Source of the DNA: an uncultured Actinomycetota bacterium
GTDB lineage: Bacteria > Actinomycetota > Nitriliruptoria > Nitriliruptorales > JAHWKO01
Assembly: GCA_964537235.1 (NCBI GenBank)
Contig: CAZHZQ010000002.1
Span: forward strand, 1-46,691
Direction: 5' to 3'
Length of the DNA stretch: 46,691 bases
The position numbers and the translations under genes are program-made. Shown piece after piece: positions 1 through 8,004 of the stretch. Position 1 is the stretch's first letter. Each line of letters starts with the position of its first letter. Below the pieces are notes generated by a model. The model ran no database searches. It was not told where the DNA came from and saw only the letters and a list, made by a program, of their open reading frames with translations.

Positions 1-247
1 GCGGCCAACGAGACGAAGTGGCCGAGGCCGCTTGACAGCTATAGGAGATTCGGCTCCGTCGTTTCGCCCTAGAGGGTGGGTCGATAAGGGCGTTCGCGGG
101 GTGTGCCGGAAACCCTGGTCAACCTGTCTATGGTGATTTCTCGTTGCTCGGGCGGGGTTCAATCTGCACGTGGATGGTGATGCGGACGGGGTCACCGGCG
201 GCGTTGTCGGGGTCCGCCGGCGATGGTGCGGAACGTTGCCCATGCGG

Positions 248-1099
248 CTATTCCTTGTTGGCCGTTGCGTCGGGCGACGCAACGTGTCGGGGAACTTGAT
301 CGGCTGGCAAGTCGATGAAGTCCCCCATCGAGGCACCGCTGGCGTATTCCTTGAGCTCGACGGGATGGCCTTCGTACCGAGGCAGGATGCGGGTCCAGGC
401 GAGATAGAAGGTGAAGAGGGCCCGCTCGGGTGGGTCGCTCCGGATGACGGTGAGGTTCGAACCCGGCATGGGCAGTGGGTCGAGTCCCCCGTCGGGGTGG
501 CGGTTCATGATCACGCCCTTGTCGAGAACGCAGATCATGTCGATTCGCTGATCGACGGCGAGGTCCCGATCAATCGTGGCTGCGCGGAGCCGTTCAGCGA
601 GGGTCTCCAACGAGATCGAGTCGAAGGCTAGGACTAGGTAGTTCGTCGGCCAGTAGTCCCATTGGGTCCCGTACACGATCGGGTGGTAGGCCACGCCCAT
701 GGGGACGTGCGCGGTCCGCTGCAGGCGCTTGAGGCTGAGCATGTTCTCGATCGCATCGTTCAGGGCCGAGCCGTCGAGGTAGCTCTTGACCTCTACGGCG
801 GCGAAGACCGATTCGATCGGTAGGACGCGGAAGCCTTCTCGCACGTGAAGGACGGGGGCGTTCTCCGTGTCGTAGATCATCACGTCGAGCTGTCGGGACG
901 TCGCTCCGGTGGAGTCCATCGCCTGCCCGTGACAAACGCCGAGGGAGCCCGGCACGTGGGTGGCGAGGAACTGGCGGACCGTGGTCTCGTGCATCGAGCC
1001 CTTGGAGGCTGCGTGGTCGGTCGTCGCGCGTGCTTCCTCGAACTCCGACCTCATCCGCACCGCGATCCGGTCCATCATCTCAGCGAGGTCAGTCACCAA
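248..1099 (-). CDS. PD-(D/E)XK nuclease-fold protein (reminiscent of DUF6602-type restriction-endonuclease-like proteins)
   Basis: 283-aa ORF with G/C-rich third positions. The motif order QLDVMIYD ... FAAVEVKS gives the D ... E-x-K pattern of PD-(D/E)XK nucleases. It is the last gene of the relaxase-xis-int string. The track start is TTG; GTG and ATG alternatives lie a few codons in. Confidence 0.6.
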   Translation of the reverse strand: MVTDLAEMMDRIAVRMRSEFEEARATTDHAASKGSMHETTVRQFLATHVPGSLGVCHGQAMDSTGATSRQLDVMIYDTENAPVLHVREGFRVLPIESVFAAVEVKSYLDGSALNDAIENMLSLKRLQRTAHVPMGVAYHPIVYGTQWDYWPTNYLVLAFDSISLETLAERLRAATIDRDLAVDQRIDMICVLDKGVIMNRHPDGGLDPLPMPGSNLTVIRSDPPERALFTFYLAWTRILPRYEGHPVELKEYASGASMGDFIDLPADQVPRHVASPDATANKE

Positions 1100-1135
1100 C
1101 GGTTCCTGGTGTGGTGTGCAGGCACGGTAGAGCGG

Positions 1136-1409
1136 TCAGACGCTGTAGACCTTGCGCCCTCGGTCACGTTCGCAGAGTGTGGGGCGCTCCTCGCACTGGA
1201 TGGACAGGTAGTCGCGGCAGGCCCGGCAGTGGGACCGGTTCCGCAGGACGGTGAGCATCTGGTCGAGGACGGGACGGAGCCACGGTGTACAGCTCGGCGG
1301 CCGCGAGACCGACGGCCTCGCCAGGGTGATGGCGCGCGGTGTCCTCGAGGACGGACAGCACGATCCGCGCAGAGCCGGACGGGTCGGAGAGGTTGACGCG
1401 GGCCTTCAC
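1136..1409 (-). pseudogene. Frame-disrupted small Cys-rich ORF (about 90 aa if repaired)
   Basis: The GTG-started frame MKARVNLSDPSGSARIVLSVLEDTARHHPGEAVGLAAAELYTV has high GC3 and then degenerates. The +1 frame continues with high GC3 as WLRPVLDQMLTVLRNRSHCRACRDYLSIQCEERPTLCERDRGRKVYSV and stops at 1136-1138. This is either a frameshift or a sequencing indel. Confidence 0.4.
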
Positions 1410-1446
1410 GACGACCCTCCGGTGACGGGAGCATCACCGCGGCCGT

Positions 1447-2769
1447 TCAGTCCTCCGCGTCGGTGCCCTTGGGGCCGAACAGCTCTTCGGCGAAGCGCTG
1501 GGCCGCCGCTCGCTGCATGCCTGGCACCAGGTGCGTGTACGTCTTCAGCATGAACGCAGCGGACGCCCACCCGAGACGTTCCTGTACGACCTTCGGGTTC
1601 TCGCCGTTCGCGAGCAGCAGGGAGGCGTAGGTGTGTCTGACGTCGTGTAGGCGGATCGCGGGTACACCCGCCTCCTCGCAGAGCGAGGCGAACTCGTGAC
1701 TGATCCAGTCGGGGTTGAGGTGGCGTCCGTCGGGCCAGGTAAACAGGAACGAACCGTGGCCGATGGCTCCGTGGCCCCGTCGACAGGAGTCGTGTACTTG
1801 GTTGCCTCGCCAAGCGCGACCGCACTCCCGCCGCCACCCATCGCGATGCTCGCGCCACCTACGCAATGATTCGAGGGTGTAGTCGTCGAGGTCGACCGGG
1901 CGGCTTCCAGCGCCGGACTTCATGACCGGCTTGTGGACCGGCGCTGTGACTCCCTCCTCCTCGACCTGTTCCTCGGGTACCAACTGCCAGGCGACGACCA
2001 GCTTTCCCTCGTCGAGATCGACGTTCTCGTCGACCAGACCACCGAGCTCTCCGCGGCGCATCCCGGTCGTCGCTACGAGCAGCCACATCGGGTAGAGCCA
2101 GTGGTCCCCGGCGTAGGACAGGAACGTGGTCAGCTGCTCGGGCGTCCAGATCTGGATCGCGCGGCGTCGTGCCGCCTCGACGGAGGCGTTCGACGGAGGG
2201 TCGGCGAGCGTCGCCACGTTCTGCTCGACGACGCCCCACTTGCGGGCATCCCGCAGGGCCTTGCGGATGACGCCATGGATCTGGACGACCGTGGCCGGCG
2301 CTAGGGGCTGGCGTTCCTCCTCCGTAGGGGGAGGCTTACCTCGAAGGAGCGCCGAGTAGAAGCGATCGAGGTGGGCTGCGGTCAACTCTTGGAGCGGGAC
2401 TCCTCCGAGGTGGGGGACGAGGTGACGTTCCACGGCGTTGCGGATGTTGCGGTACCGATTGGGACTCACCTTCGGAGGCAACTGGGTCTCGAGCCACTCG
2501 CGGACGAGGAAGTCCTCGAGGGTTCGCCCTGAGGGTTCAACGTACGTCGAGCCGTCGACCTTGGAGAGGAGCTCACGGAGGGCGCGTTCCGCCTCCCGCT
2601 TGGTGTCGAAACCACCACCCCGGCGCTGCAGCCTGCGACCGTTGCGGTCCTTGCCGACATCCACTCGGAACGACCACGACGACTGTCGTCCCTCGCACGT
2701 CTCGTCGTGTCGACCAGTCCCCGGTCGTCGACCGCAGGTCGTACAGCGCTTGAACACGCTCCCCTTCAC
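1447..2769 (-). CDS. int: Tyrosine recombinase / phage-type site-specific integrase
   Basis: 440 aa with a GTG start. The C-terminal catalytic region RLHDVRHTYASLLLANG ... LKTYTHLVPG carries the HxxR and catalytic Tyr context. The N-terminus has the SAM-like/arm-binding style typical of actinobacterial element integrases. Confidence 0.93.
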   Translation of the reverse strand: MKGSVFKRCTTCGRRPGTGRHDETCEGRQSSWSFRVDVGKDRNGRRLQRRGGGFDTKREAERALRELLSKVDGSTYVEPSGRTLEDFLVREWLETQLPPKVSPNRYRNIRNAVERHLVPHLGGVPLQELTAAHLDRFYSALLRGKPPPTEEERQPLAPATVVQIHGVIRKALRDARKWGVVEQNVATLADPPSNASVEAARRRAIQIWTPEQLTTFLSYAGDHWLYPMWLLVATTGMRRGELGGLVDENVDLDEGKLVVAWQLVPEEQVEEEGVTAPVHKPVMKSGAGSRPVDLDDYTLESLRRWREHRDGWRRECGRAWRGNQVHDSCRRGHGAIGHGSFLFTWPDGRHLNPDWISHEFASLCEEAGVPAIRLHDVRHTYASLLLANGENPKVVQERLGWASAAFMLKTYTHLVPGMQRAAAQRFAEELFGPKGTDAED

Positions 2770-2894
2770 ACGGAACCCCTCTCGTTGCCCTCGAACAGGC
2801 CAGGGTGCGTGGAAGGCGAGCGGCTGTCACGCGAGAGCACGTCAGGCCTGTGGACAACGCCTGTTCGACCGTTGGCGCTGCTTGAAGCCATCCC

Positions 2895-3101
2895 TCAAGC
2901 CTCCTCCGCCACCAGGGCTGGGAGGCCGTCGAGGCCGAGGAGGTCGAGGAGTTTGCCGGTGGGCACGATGATGCGTCCGCCGATGCGGAAGGAGGGGATC
3001 TCGCCTCGGTTGACGCCGCGGTAGGCGGAGGAGCGGGAGATGCCCAGCAGTCGTCCGGCTTGTTCGACGGTGAGGGTGGCGGGGTAGCCGTTGGTGGTCA
3101 T
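2895..3101 (-). CDS. xis: Excisionase-family helix-turn-helix DNA-binding protein
   Basis: I chose the internal ATG at 3099-3101, which is preceded by a GGAGGAACC Shine-Dalgarno. The 68-aa product reads MTTNGYPATLTVEQAGRLLGISRSSAYRGVNRGEIPSFRIGGRIIVPTGKLLDLLG, a typical Xis/MerR-like HTH. It sits immediately upstream of int. Confidence 0.8.
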   Translation of the reverse strand: MTTNGYPATLTVEQAGRLLGISRSSAYRGVNRGEIPSFRIGGRIIVPTGKLLDLLGLDGLPALVAEEA

Positions 3102-3263
3102 GGTTCCTCCTGGTTGTGTTGGCACATAGGGAGCCCCCGGGCGGCACGCCCGTTTGTGACATCGACTTCGAAATTGTTGGAGATCCCCTGTCATCTCATG
3201 GAGGCCGTTTGGGACCGCCTCATGTGACATCCGACCGCCAAGTTGTTGTGGATACGGCCGGAA

Positions 3264-6200
3264 TCAGCGGCTGATGCCGCGGCCGAGGCCGCGGGCGGGC
3301 GGGTCGCGGTCGACCTGCCGGCCGGCCTCGTGCGTGCGCTGTTGACGGGTGACCTCGAGCAGCGCGTCGAGGGCCTGGTTGCGGGTGGCCTGCTGTTGCG
3401 GGTCGGCGGGGCGTGGTTGTCCGAGGGGGCTGGTGGGGTCGCGGACGTCGTAGAGGGTCCGGTACTCCTCGACCAGCCTGGCCGCCTTCGCCCAGGTCTC
3501 GTGTTCGGGTCCGGTGGCGGGTGGGGTGCCGATGGTGGCGGTCAGGTAGCCGGGTGGCTGACGGAGGACGGCGGCCGTCCGCTGTTGGACGACCTGGTGT
3601 AGCTGGTGGGCGAGGTCGGCCCGTTCGGTCTTCCAGGCGTCGACCTGAGCGTCGTCGGGTAGCTGTGTGAGCTTCCGTCGGGCCAGGGTGCGCTGTCGGT
3701 GCAGGTCGTGCAGCCGGTTTCGGCCGTCGTCGATCTGCCGGTATAGCTGCTCGATCTCCTGCCTGGTGCCGCGGCGGAGCTGGCGGATGCCGGACAGCTC
3801 CTGCCGGCGGGCCTCGGCGTGGTGGATGGCGGCGACGGCCGCTTCGTAGGCGTCCGACGCCTCCTGCTCGGCCTGGACGAGCTGTCGCCGGGTGTCCTGA
3901 ACCTGGGTGATGCGCCTGCCGAGGTCCACGAACCGGGTGGCGGTCTGCCGGACCTGCTCGACGTCGTAGGAGTCGGGCAGGAAGGCGACGGCGGGGGTCT
4001 GCGCGGCCGATCGGCGCAGTCCGGCGACGGTGCGGGTGTGGGGGTCGGGGTCGGGCTGCTGCTGGTGGTGGTGGATGTCGTGGGGGTCGTCGGTGGCGGG
4101 GTGGACGTACAGGCGGTTGGTGTGCCGGCCGCGGGACATCGCGACGTAGCCCCATTCGCGGTACAGCAGGTCCGAGCCGAGCACGAACGCATGGTCGACG
4201 GTAAGGCCTTGGGCTTTGTGGCCGGTGATCGCGTACCCGTGCGCCACATGGCCGGCCTGCACGTAGGCCTCTGGCAGGTGTAGGACGGTGCCGCGATCGT
4301 CGACCGCCGACAGCCCGCCGTCGTCGGTGATGTCGGTGATGGTGGCGAAGGTGCCGTTGACCACGCCGAGCCGCCGGTCGTTTCGCAGGCACAGGATCCG
4401 GTCCCCGGCCCGGAACGTCCGCCCGTCGTCGGTCTCGAGGACCGGCCCGGTCAGGTGTCCGGCGGCGTCGGCCCGTAGCCGCGCCCGCTGGTTGAGATCG
4501 TCGACATCGGTCTGCCGCAGCGCGATCATCACCGCCTGGTCGGCGCCGACCTGATGTCGGGCGTGCCACCAGTCGGACACCAGCTGCTCGCGCAGCCCTT
4601 CGGCGGTGTCGCCGGTGACGAGCTGGCCGTGTTCGTCGTACAGACCCAGGGCGTCGGCGGGGTCGCCGTGCCGAAGCCGGTCGAGCGCGTCGATCTCCCA
4701 GGCTTGTGTCTGCCGGCGGTTGTCGGTCAGCTCGATCGCGTCCAGCCGCTGTGTGAGGGTGGAGAAGAGGCCGCCGGCGTCGATCTCGGGCAGCTGGTGT
4801 GGGTCGCCGACCAGCACCACCTTCACCCGCTGCGCCTCACAGTGATCGAGCAGCCGGGCGAGCTGGCGGGTGCCGACCATCCCGGCCTCGTCCACCACGA
4901 GCACCGACCCGGGCACCAGCGGAGAGCCGACACCGCGATCGATGTCGTGCAGCAGCTTGTGGATCGTGGTCGACGGGATGCCCGCCGAGTCCTGCAGCTC
5001 CTGTGCCGCGCGCGCGGCCAGCGCCACACCGTGCATGTCGATCCCGGAGCTCTGCCAGGCATGGCGGGCGGCGTCCAACGCGAAGGTCTTGCCGGTCCCG
5101 GCCTTCCCGACCACGACGGTCACACCGTCGCCGTCGCGGGACAGTCGCGTCAGCATGTCGATCTGCTCGCCGGTCAGCGTCGGGTGGACCGCCATGACGC
5201 GGCGGATCGTCTCTGCGTCGACCGTCGCCGCATCGTCGTCTTGGCGGGCGATGGAGGTGTTGATGGCGTGCTGTTCGGCCAGCAGCAGCCCCCGGGTGGT
5301 CATGCGCACCTCGTCATCGGTCCCGCCGGCGATGGTGCGTCCGTCGGCTGTGCGGATCACGTCCACCGACGACAGACGGCCACGGGTCGCGCCGAGGGTG
5401 ATCACCTGGTCGCGGCCGGCCGCCAACACCGCCTCCGCGAGCTGTTCGATGTCTTCGACGGTTGCGCCGTCGGGCAGCCGTTCGGCGACCGCCCGCAGCA
5501 GGTCCCGGCGGGTGAACGTCGCCGCCTTCGCGGTCAGCGCCTCGTCGCCGACCAGCTCCTCGGCCAACACATCCACGTCCGGCGCTTCTGCGGTGTGTCG
5601 GTTCAGGAGCCGTTCGAGGTCGGACCGGTCGAACCCCAACTCACGGGCCCGGGCCGCCCACCCTGCGCGCAGCTCCCGCTCGGTCGGCTGCACGCCCTTC
5701 GCGTCGCGGGTGCTGAGCGTGGCGACCTGGGCGGCCTTGGCCGACGACTCCCCACGCTCGGCGAGCTTGTCGAGGATCGCCTGGCGGCGTTGGGAGAACG
5801 CGTCGATCAACTGGCGGTCGATCCCGGCGATGTCCGCGTACCCGTTGGTCACCGGCCCCCACTCGACCCCCAGACGCTCGGTGAGCTCGTGACGCAACTG
5901 GGCCTGGTAGAGGAACCCGGCCGTCTTGGCGTGCTGGTACATCCGCCGCGACTCGAACGTCCGCCACTTCCCGTCATCGGATGCGCGTACGAGGTTGGCG
6001 GCCAGCACGTGGGTGTGCAGCAGCGGATCACCCGCCCTCGACGTGCGATGCGTGAACGCCGCGCCGATCAGTCCGTCCACCTCAACCCGCTCCACCCCGC
6101 CCGCGCCGCGTCGAGTACGTAACGCGTGACGTTCGAGGTAGCCGACCGCGGCCTTGACCCCGGCGTCGTGAGCGGCCTGGACCTGTCCGGCGGTGTGCTG

Positions 6201-6512
6201 GTCGCCGAGCGCCCAAGCGATCGACACCGACTTCGGTGCCCGGAACGTCATATCGAACCCGGGGATCTTGCGGGCCGGATGCGACGCCAACCGCACCCCC
6301 GACGAAGGATCGTCGCCAGCCAGCACCGCACGCAGCGCGTCGGCCTCCACCTTCGCCCCACGTTCAAGACCGACGGGGTCCAGGCCGCGGCCGAGCCAAC
6401 GGCCCGGCGCCTCACCGCGGCGCAGGTAGTACTCCTCGGACCCGTCAGCCACCTGCGACAGGTAGTAGTCCTCCGACCCCGGCGCCATCTTCCCCACGTT
6501 CAACACCGGCAT
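3264..6512 (-). CDS. MobF-family conjugative relaxase (TrwC/TraA-type) fused to a RecD-like helicase
   Basis: 1082 aa. The N-terminus MPVLNVGKMAPGSEDYYL and the His triad DPLLHTHVLAAN match TrwC-type relaxases. Walker A VVVGKAGTGKTF and the C-terminal GYAITGHKAQGLTVDHAFVL match the helicase part. Confidence 0.93.
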   Translation of the reverse strand: MPVLNVGKMAPGSEDYYLSQVADGSEEYYLRRGEAPGRWLGRGLDPVGLERGAKVEADALRAVLAGDDPSSGVRLASHPARKIPGFDMTFRAPKSVSIAWALGDQHTAGQVQAAHDAGVKAAVGYLERHALRTRRGAGGVERVEVDGLIGAAFTHRTSRAGDPLLHTHVLAANLVRASDDGKWRTFESRRMYQHAKTAGFLYQAQLRHELTERLGVEWGPVTNGYADIAGIDRQLIDAFSQRRQAILDKLAERGESSAKAAQVATLSTRDAKGVQPTERELRAGWAARARELGFDRSDLERLLNRHTAEAPDVDVLAEELVGDEALTAKAATFTRRDLLRAVAERLPDGATVEDIEQLAEAVLAAGRDQVITLGATRGRLSSVDVIRTADGRTIAGGTDDEVRMTTRGLLLAEQHAINTSIARQDDDAATVDAETIRRVMAVHPTLTGEQIDMLTRLSRDGDGVTVVVGKAGTGKTFALDAARHAWQSSGIDMHGVALAARAAQELQDSAGIPSTTIHKLLHDIDRGVGSPLVPGSVLVVDEAGMVGTRQLARLLDHCEAQRVKVVLVGDPHQLPEIDAGGLFSTLTQRLDAIELTDNRRQTQAWEIDALDRLRHGDPADALGLYDEHGQLVTGDTAEGLREQLVSDWWHARHQVGADQAVMIALRQTDVDDLNQRARLRADAAGHLTGPVLETDDGRTFRAGDRILCLRNDRRLGVVNGTFATITDITDDGGLSAVDDRGTVLHLPEAYVQAGHVAHGYAITGHKAQGLTVDHAFVLGSDLLYREWGYVAMSRGRHTNRLYVHPATDDPHDIHHHQQQPDPDPHTRTVAGLRRSAAQTPAVAFLPDSYDVEQVRQTATRFVDLGRRITQVQDTRRQLVQAEQEASDAYEAAVAAIHHAEARRQELSGIRQLRRGTRQEIEQLYRQIDDGRNRLHDLHRQRTLARRKLTQLPDDAQVDAWKTERADLAHQLHQVVQQRTAAVLRQPPGYLTATIGTPPATGPEHETWAKAARLVEEYRTLYDVRDPTSPLGQPRPADPQQQATRNQALDALLEVTRQQRTHEAGRQVDRDPPARGLGRGISR

Positions 6513-6948
6513 GCCCCCTCTGCCGAGGGAGACGAAGCCGACGCCTTACGGGACGCCGTGAAAGGCCCTATCGGGGGTGTTGCTTGAGCGTTGCTAGCCG
6601 CCGCCGGCGGGGCCAGTGACAGTCTGTGCTTCCGTTTTCTGGTTGGCATTGCCTATGTGTAGGGCTTGTTCATCAGGTATGTCCAGTAGCTGATTTGGCT
6701 ATAGCTACTTGATTTCTGGGTTTCTGAGCTTATTTGTGTTTCTTGGCTGATGTCTAGTTTCGCTGGGTTCTTGGTCGTTGCTGGTGGTCTCGTTCTGATC
6801 GGTCGTTGAACTTCTCCACCCGAGATCCGAGGGTGTGCGCCCAGCGCACAGATCCGAGAGGCCGGTCGTCCACCGACCACGAGGAGGCCGGCTGGCCGAC
6901 CCGCACGTCCACCTGCCACCGTGACCCGCCGAGACGGAAGGGACGTCG
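6513..6948. promoter_or_regulatory. Repeat-rich, locally A/T-rich non-coding region upstream of the relaxase; candidate oriT and promoter region
   Basis: No credible ORF. There is a T-rich stretch at 6640-6800. GGTCGTTG occurs twice (6773-6780 and 6801-6808). A 10-bp palindrome CCGCCGGCGG lies near 6600-6612. A perfect inverted repeat TGTGCGC-cca-GCGCACA (6834-6850) is flanked by direct repeats AGATCCGAG (6823-6831 and 6850-6858). Confidence 0.3.
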
Positions 6949-7528
6949 GTGTTTGACCAACCAGGCATCGACCTCGACCGCGACCTCGCCTGGATCCACC
7001 GCGATCAGTACGTCTACTTCATCGAGATCGCCCACGCCCTCGGCGATCCTGACGACTGGGCCAGCTTCCGGGCTGATCTCGCCGAGGCCCTGGCGGCAGT
7101 GTTCAGCCTTTACCCGCACCCCACCCTGGGCGGACCGACGCAGCAGCGAAGACCTCAAGACCCGATAGCGGGTACTCGACGTCCTCGACTCGGTCCGGTT
7201 CCGCCACCACCCAGCCGGCGACTGGGACGGATTCTTCGACGCACTCTGGGAGCGGCGGTCCGAGCTAGGAGACGACCTCTGATTCCCCCTGGATGGAGGC
7301 CGAGTCAGGCGGACGAGCTAGGGACGGTCCCCGCGCAGATAGCCACCGACTACCGGTACGAGACCCACGCATTGGGGATGGCGTTTATGCTCTTCCTGCG
7401 GACCGCCCAACGGGTGCTGGTCTACAACGGGGTGGAACACCGCCGGATCCTACGACGACGCCCTCAAGAAGATCCTCGCCGAGTTCGACAGGCTCATGGA
7501 GCTTCCCCACATGGACCGTCAGGGCTAA
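6949..7528 (+). pseudogene. Decayed ORF(s): coding signal hops between frames, with an in-frame TAG
   Basis: High-GC3 segments lie in frame 1 (6949 to about 7130, FDQPGIDLDRDLAWIHRDQYVYFIEIAHALGDPDDWASFRADLAEALAAVF) and then frame 2 (ADRRSSEDLKTR-TAG-RVLDVLDSVRFRHHPAGDWDGFFDALWERRSELGDDL, stop at 7280). The signal returns to frame 1 (DYRYETHALGMAFMLFLRTAQRVLVYNGVEH) and frame 2 again (GSYDDALKKILAEFDRLMELPHMDRQG, stop at 7526). Confidence 0.4.
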
Positions 7529-7552
7529 TGGTGATGGCCGCTGTCCCGGGCC

Positions 7553-7804
7553 CTAGTTGATGGCACGTTGACTAGGTAGATCCCCGATTAGCGCTTCGAC
7601 GCTCTCCAGCCCGTAGGCGGCCTGCAACTTCAGGAGCACTGCGATCGTCGGATTGGCCTCGGTCGAGTTCTCGAGCTTGCTGATGTGTGCACGGCTAACA
7701 CCAGACCGCTCCGCGGCTTCGCGAAGCGCGTACCCACGCGCGAGTCGAAGCTCGCGCAACCGAGAGCCGATGCCGCTTAAGTCGACGTCCACTATAAGAG
7801 ACAA
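7553..7804 (-). CDS. XRE-family (Cro/C1-type) helix-turn-helix transcriptional regulator
   Basis: 83 aa. The sequence LRELRLARGYALREAAERSGVSRAHISKLENSTEANPTIAVLLKLQAAYG is a canonical XRE HTH. It is divergent from the cargo operon. Confidence 0.88.
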   Translation of the reverse strand: MSLIVDVDLSGIGSRLRELRLARGYALREAAERSGVSRAHISKLENSTEANPTIAVLLKLQAAYGLESVEALIGDLPSQRAIN

Positions 7805-8004
7805 GCGGGGGTGCGCGGCGGTCGGTCAAAGTCGTTGAACATGAGTGACTTCGCCGCCGTATAGCGGTAGAATGCCACCGATGTGAGTAGTGGAGCCTTC
7901 ACGGTTCATGTTATCAACAGTCTACTATGATGGACACCCGGAAGGGTTCGGACGCGATTAGCCTCACAGGGAACCGAGATCGGGATGCCCGAAGGAGCAG
8001 CACC
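7805..8004. promoter_or_regulatory. Divergent promoter/operator region between the XRE gene and the cargo operon
   Basis: An imperfect inverted repeat GTTGAACATG (7834-7843) / CATGTTATCAAC (7907-7918) brackets the A/T-richer intergenic DNA, which contains TAGAAT-like hexamers. A GAAGGAG Shine-Dalgarno sits at 7991-7997. Confidence 0.4.

Noticed and set aside
151-175. T-loop-like GGGGTTCAATC near the left edge as the intact tRNA partner of the att fragment
   Set aside because: The flanking bases do not form a T-stem or acceptor stem, and the sequence does not match the 11025-11069 fragment.
170-631. 153-aa plus ORF overlapping the nuclease-like gene
   Set aside because: It is antisense to an ORF with better coding signal and a PD-(D/E)XK motif, and it has no features of its own.
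1093-1437. 114-aa minus ORF (Arg/Pro-rich) between int and the nuclease gene
   Set aside because: It is the third-frame shadow of the frame-disrupted small gene. The two other frames carry the coding signal.
3220-4569. 449-aa minus-strand ORF, extremely Arg/Pro-rich, overlapping the relaxase gene in another frame
   Set aside because: It is a low-complexity shadow frame typical of high-G+C DNA. The relaxase frame carries all the recognisable motifs.
4554-6122. 522-aa plus-strand ORF antisense to the relaxase (and the nested ORFs at 4870-5892)
   Set aside because: It is an antisense shadow ORF with no motifs. Its composition is dominated by G/R/V/D/P, as expected opposite a GC3-rich gene.
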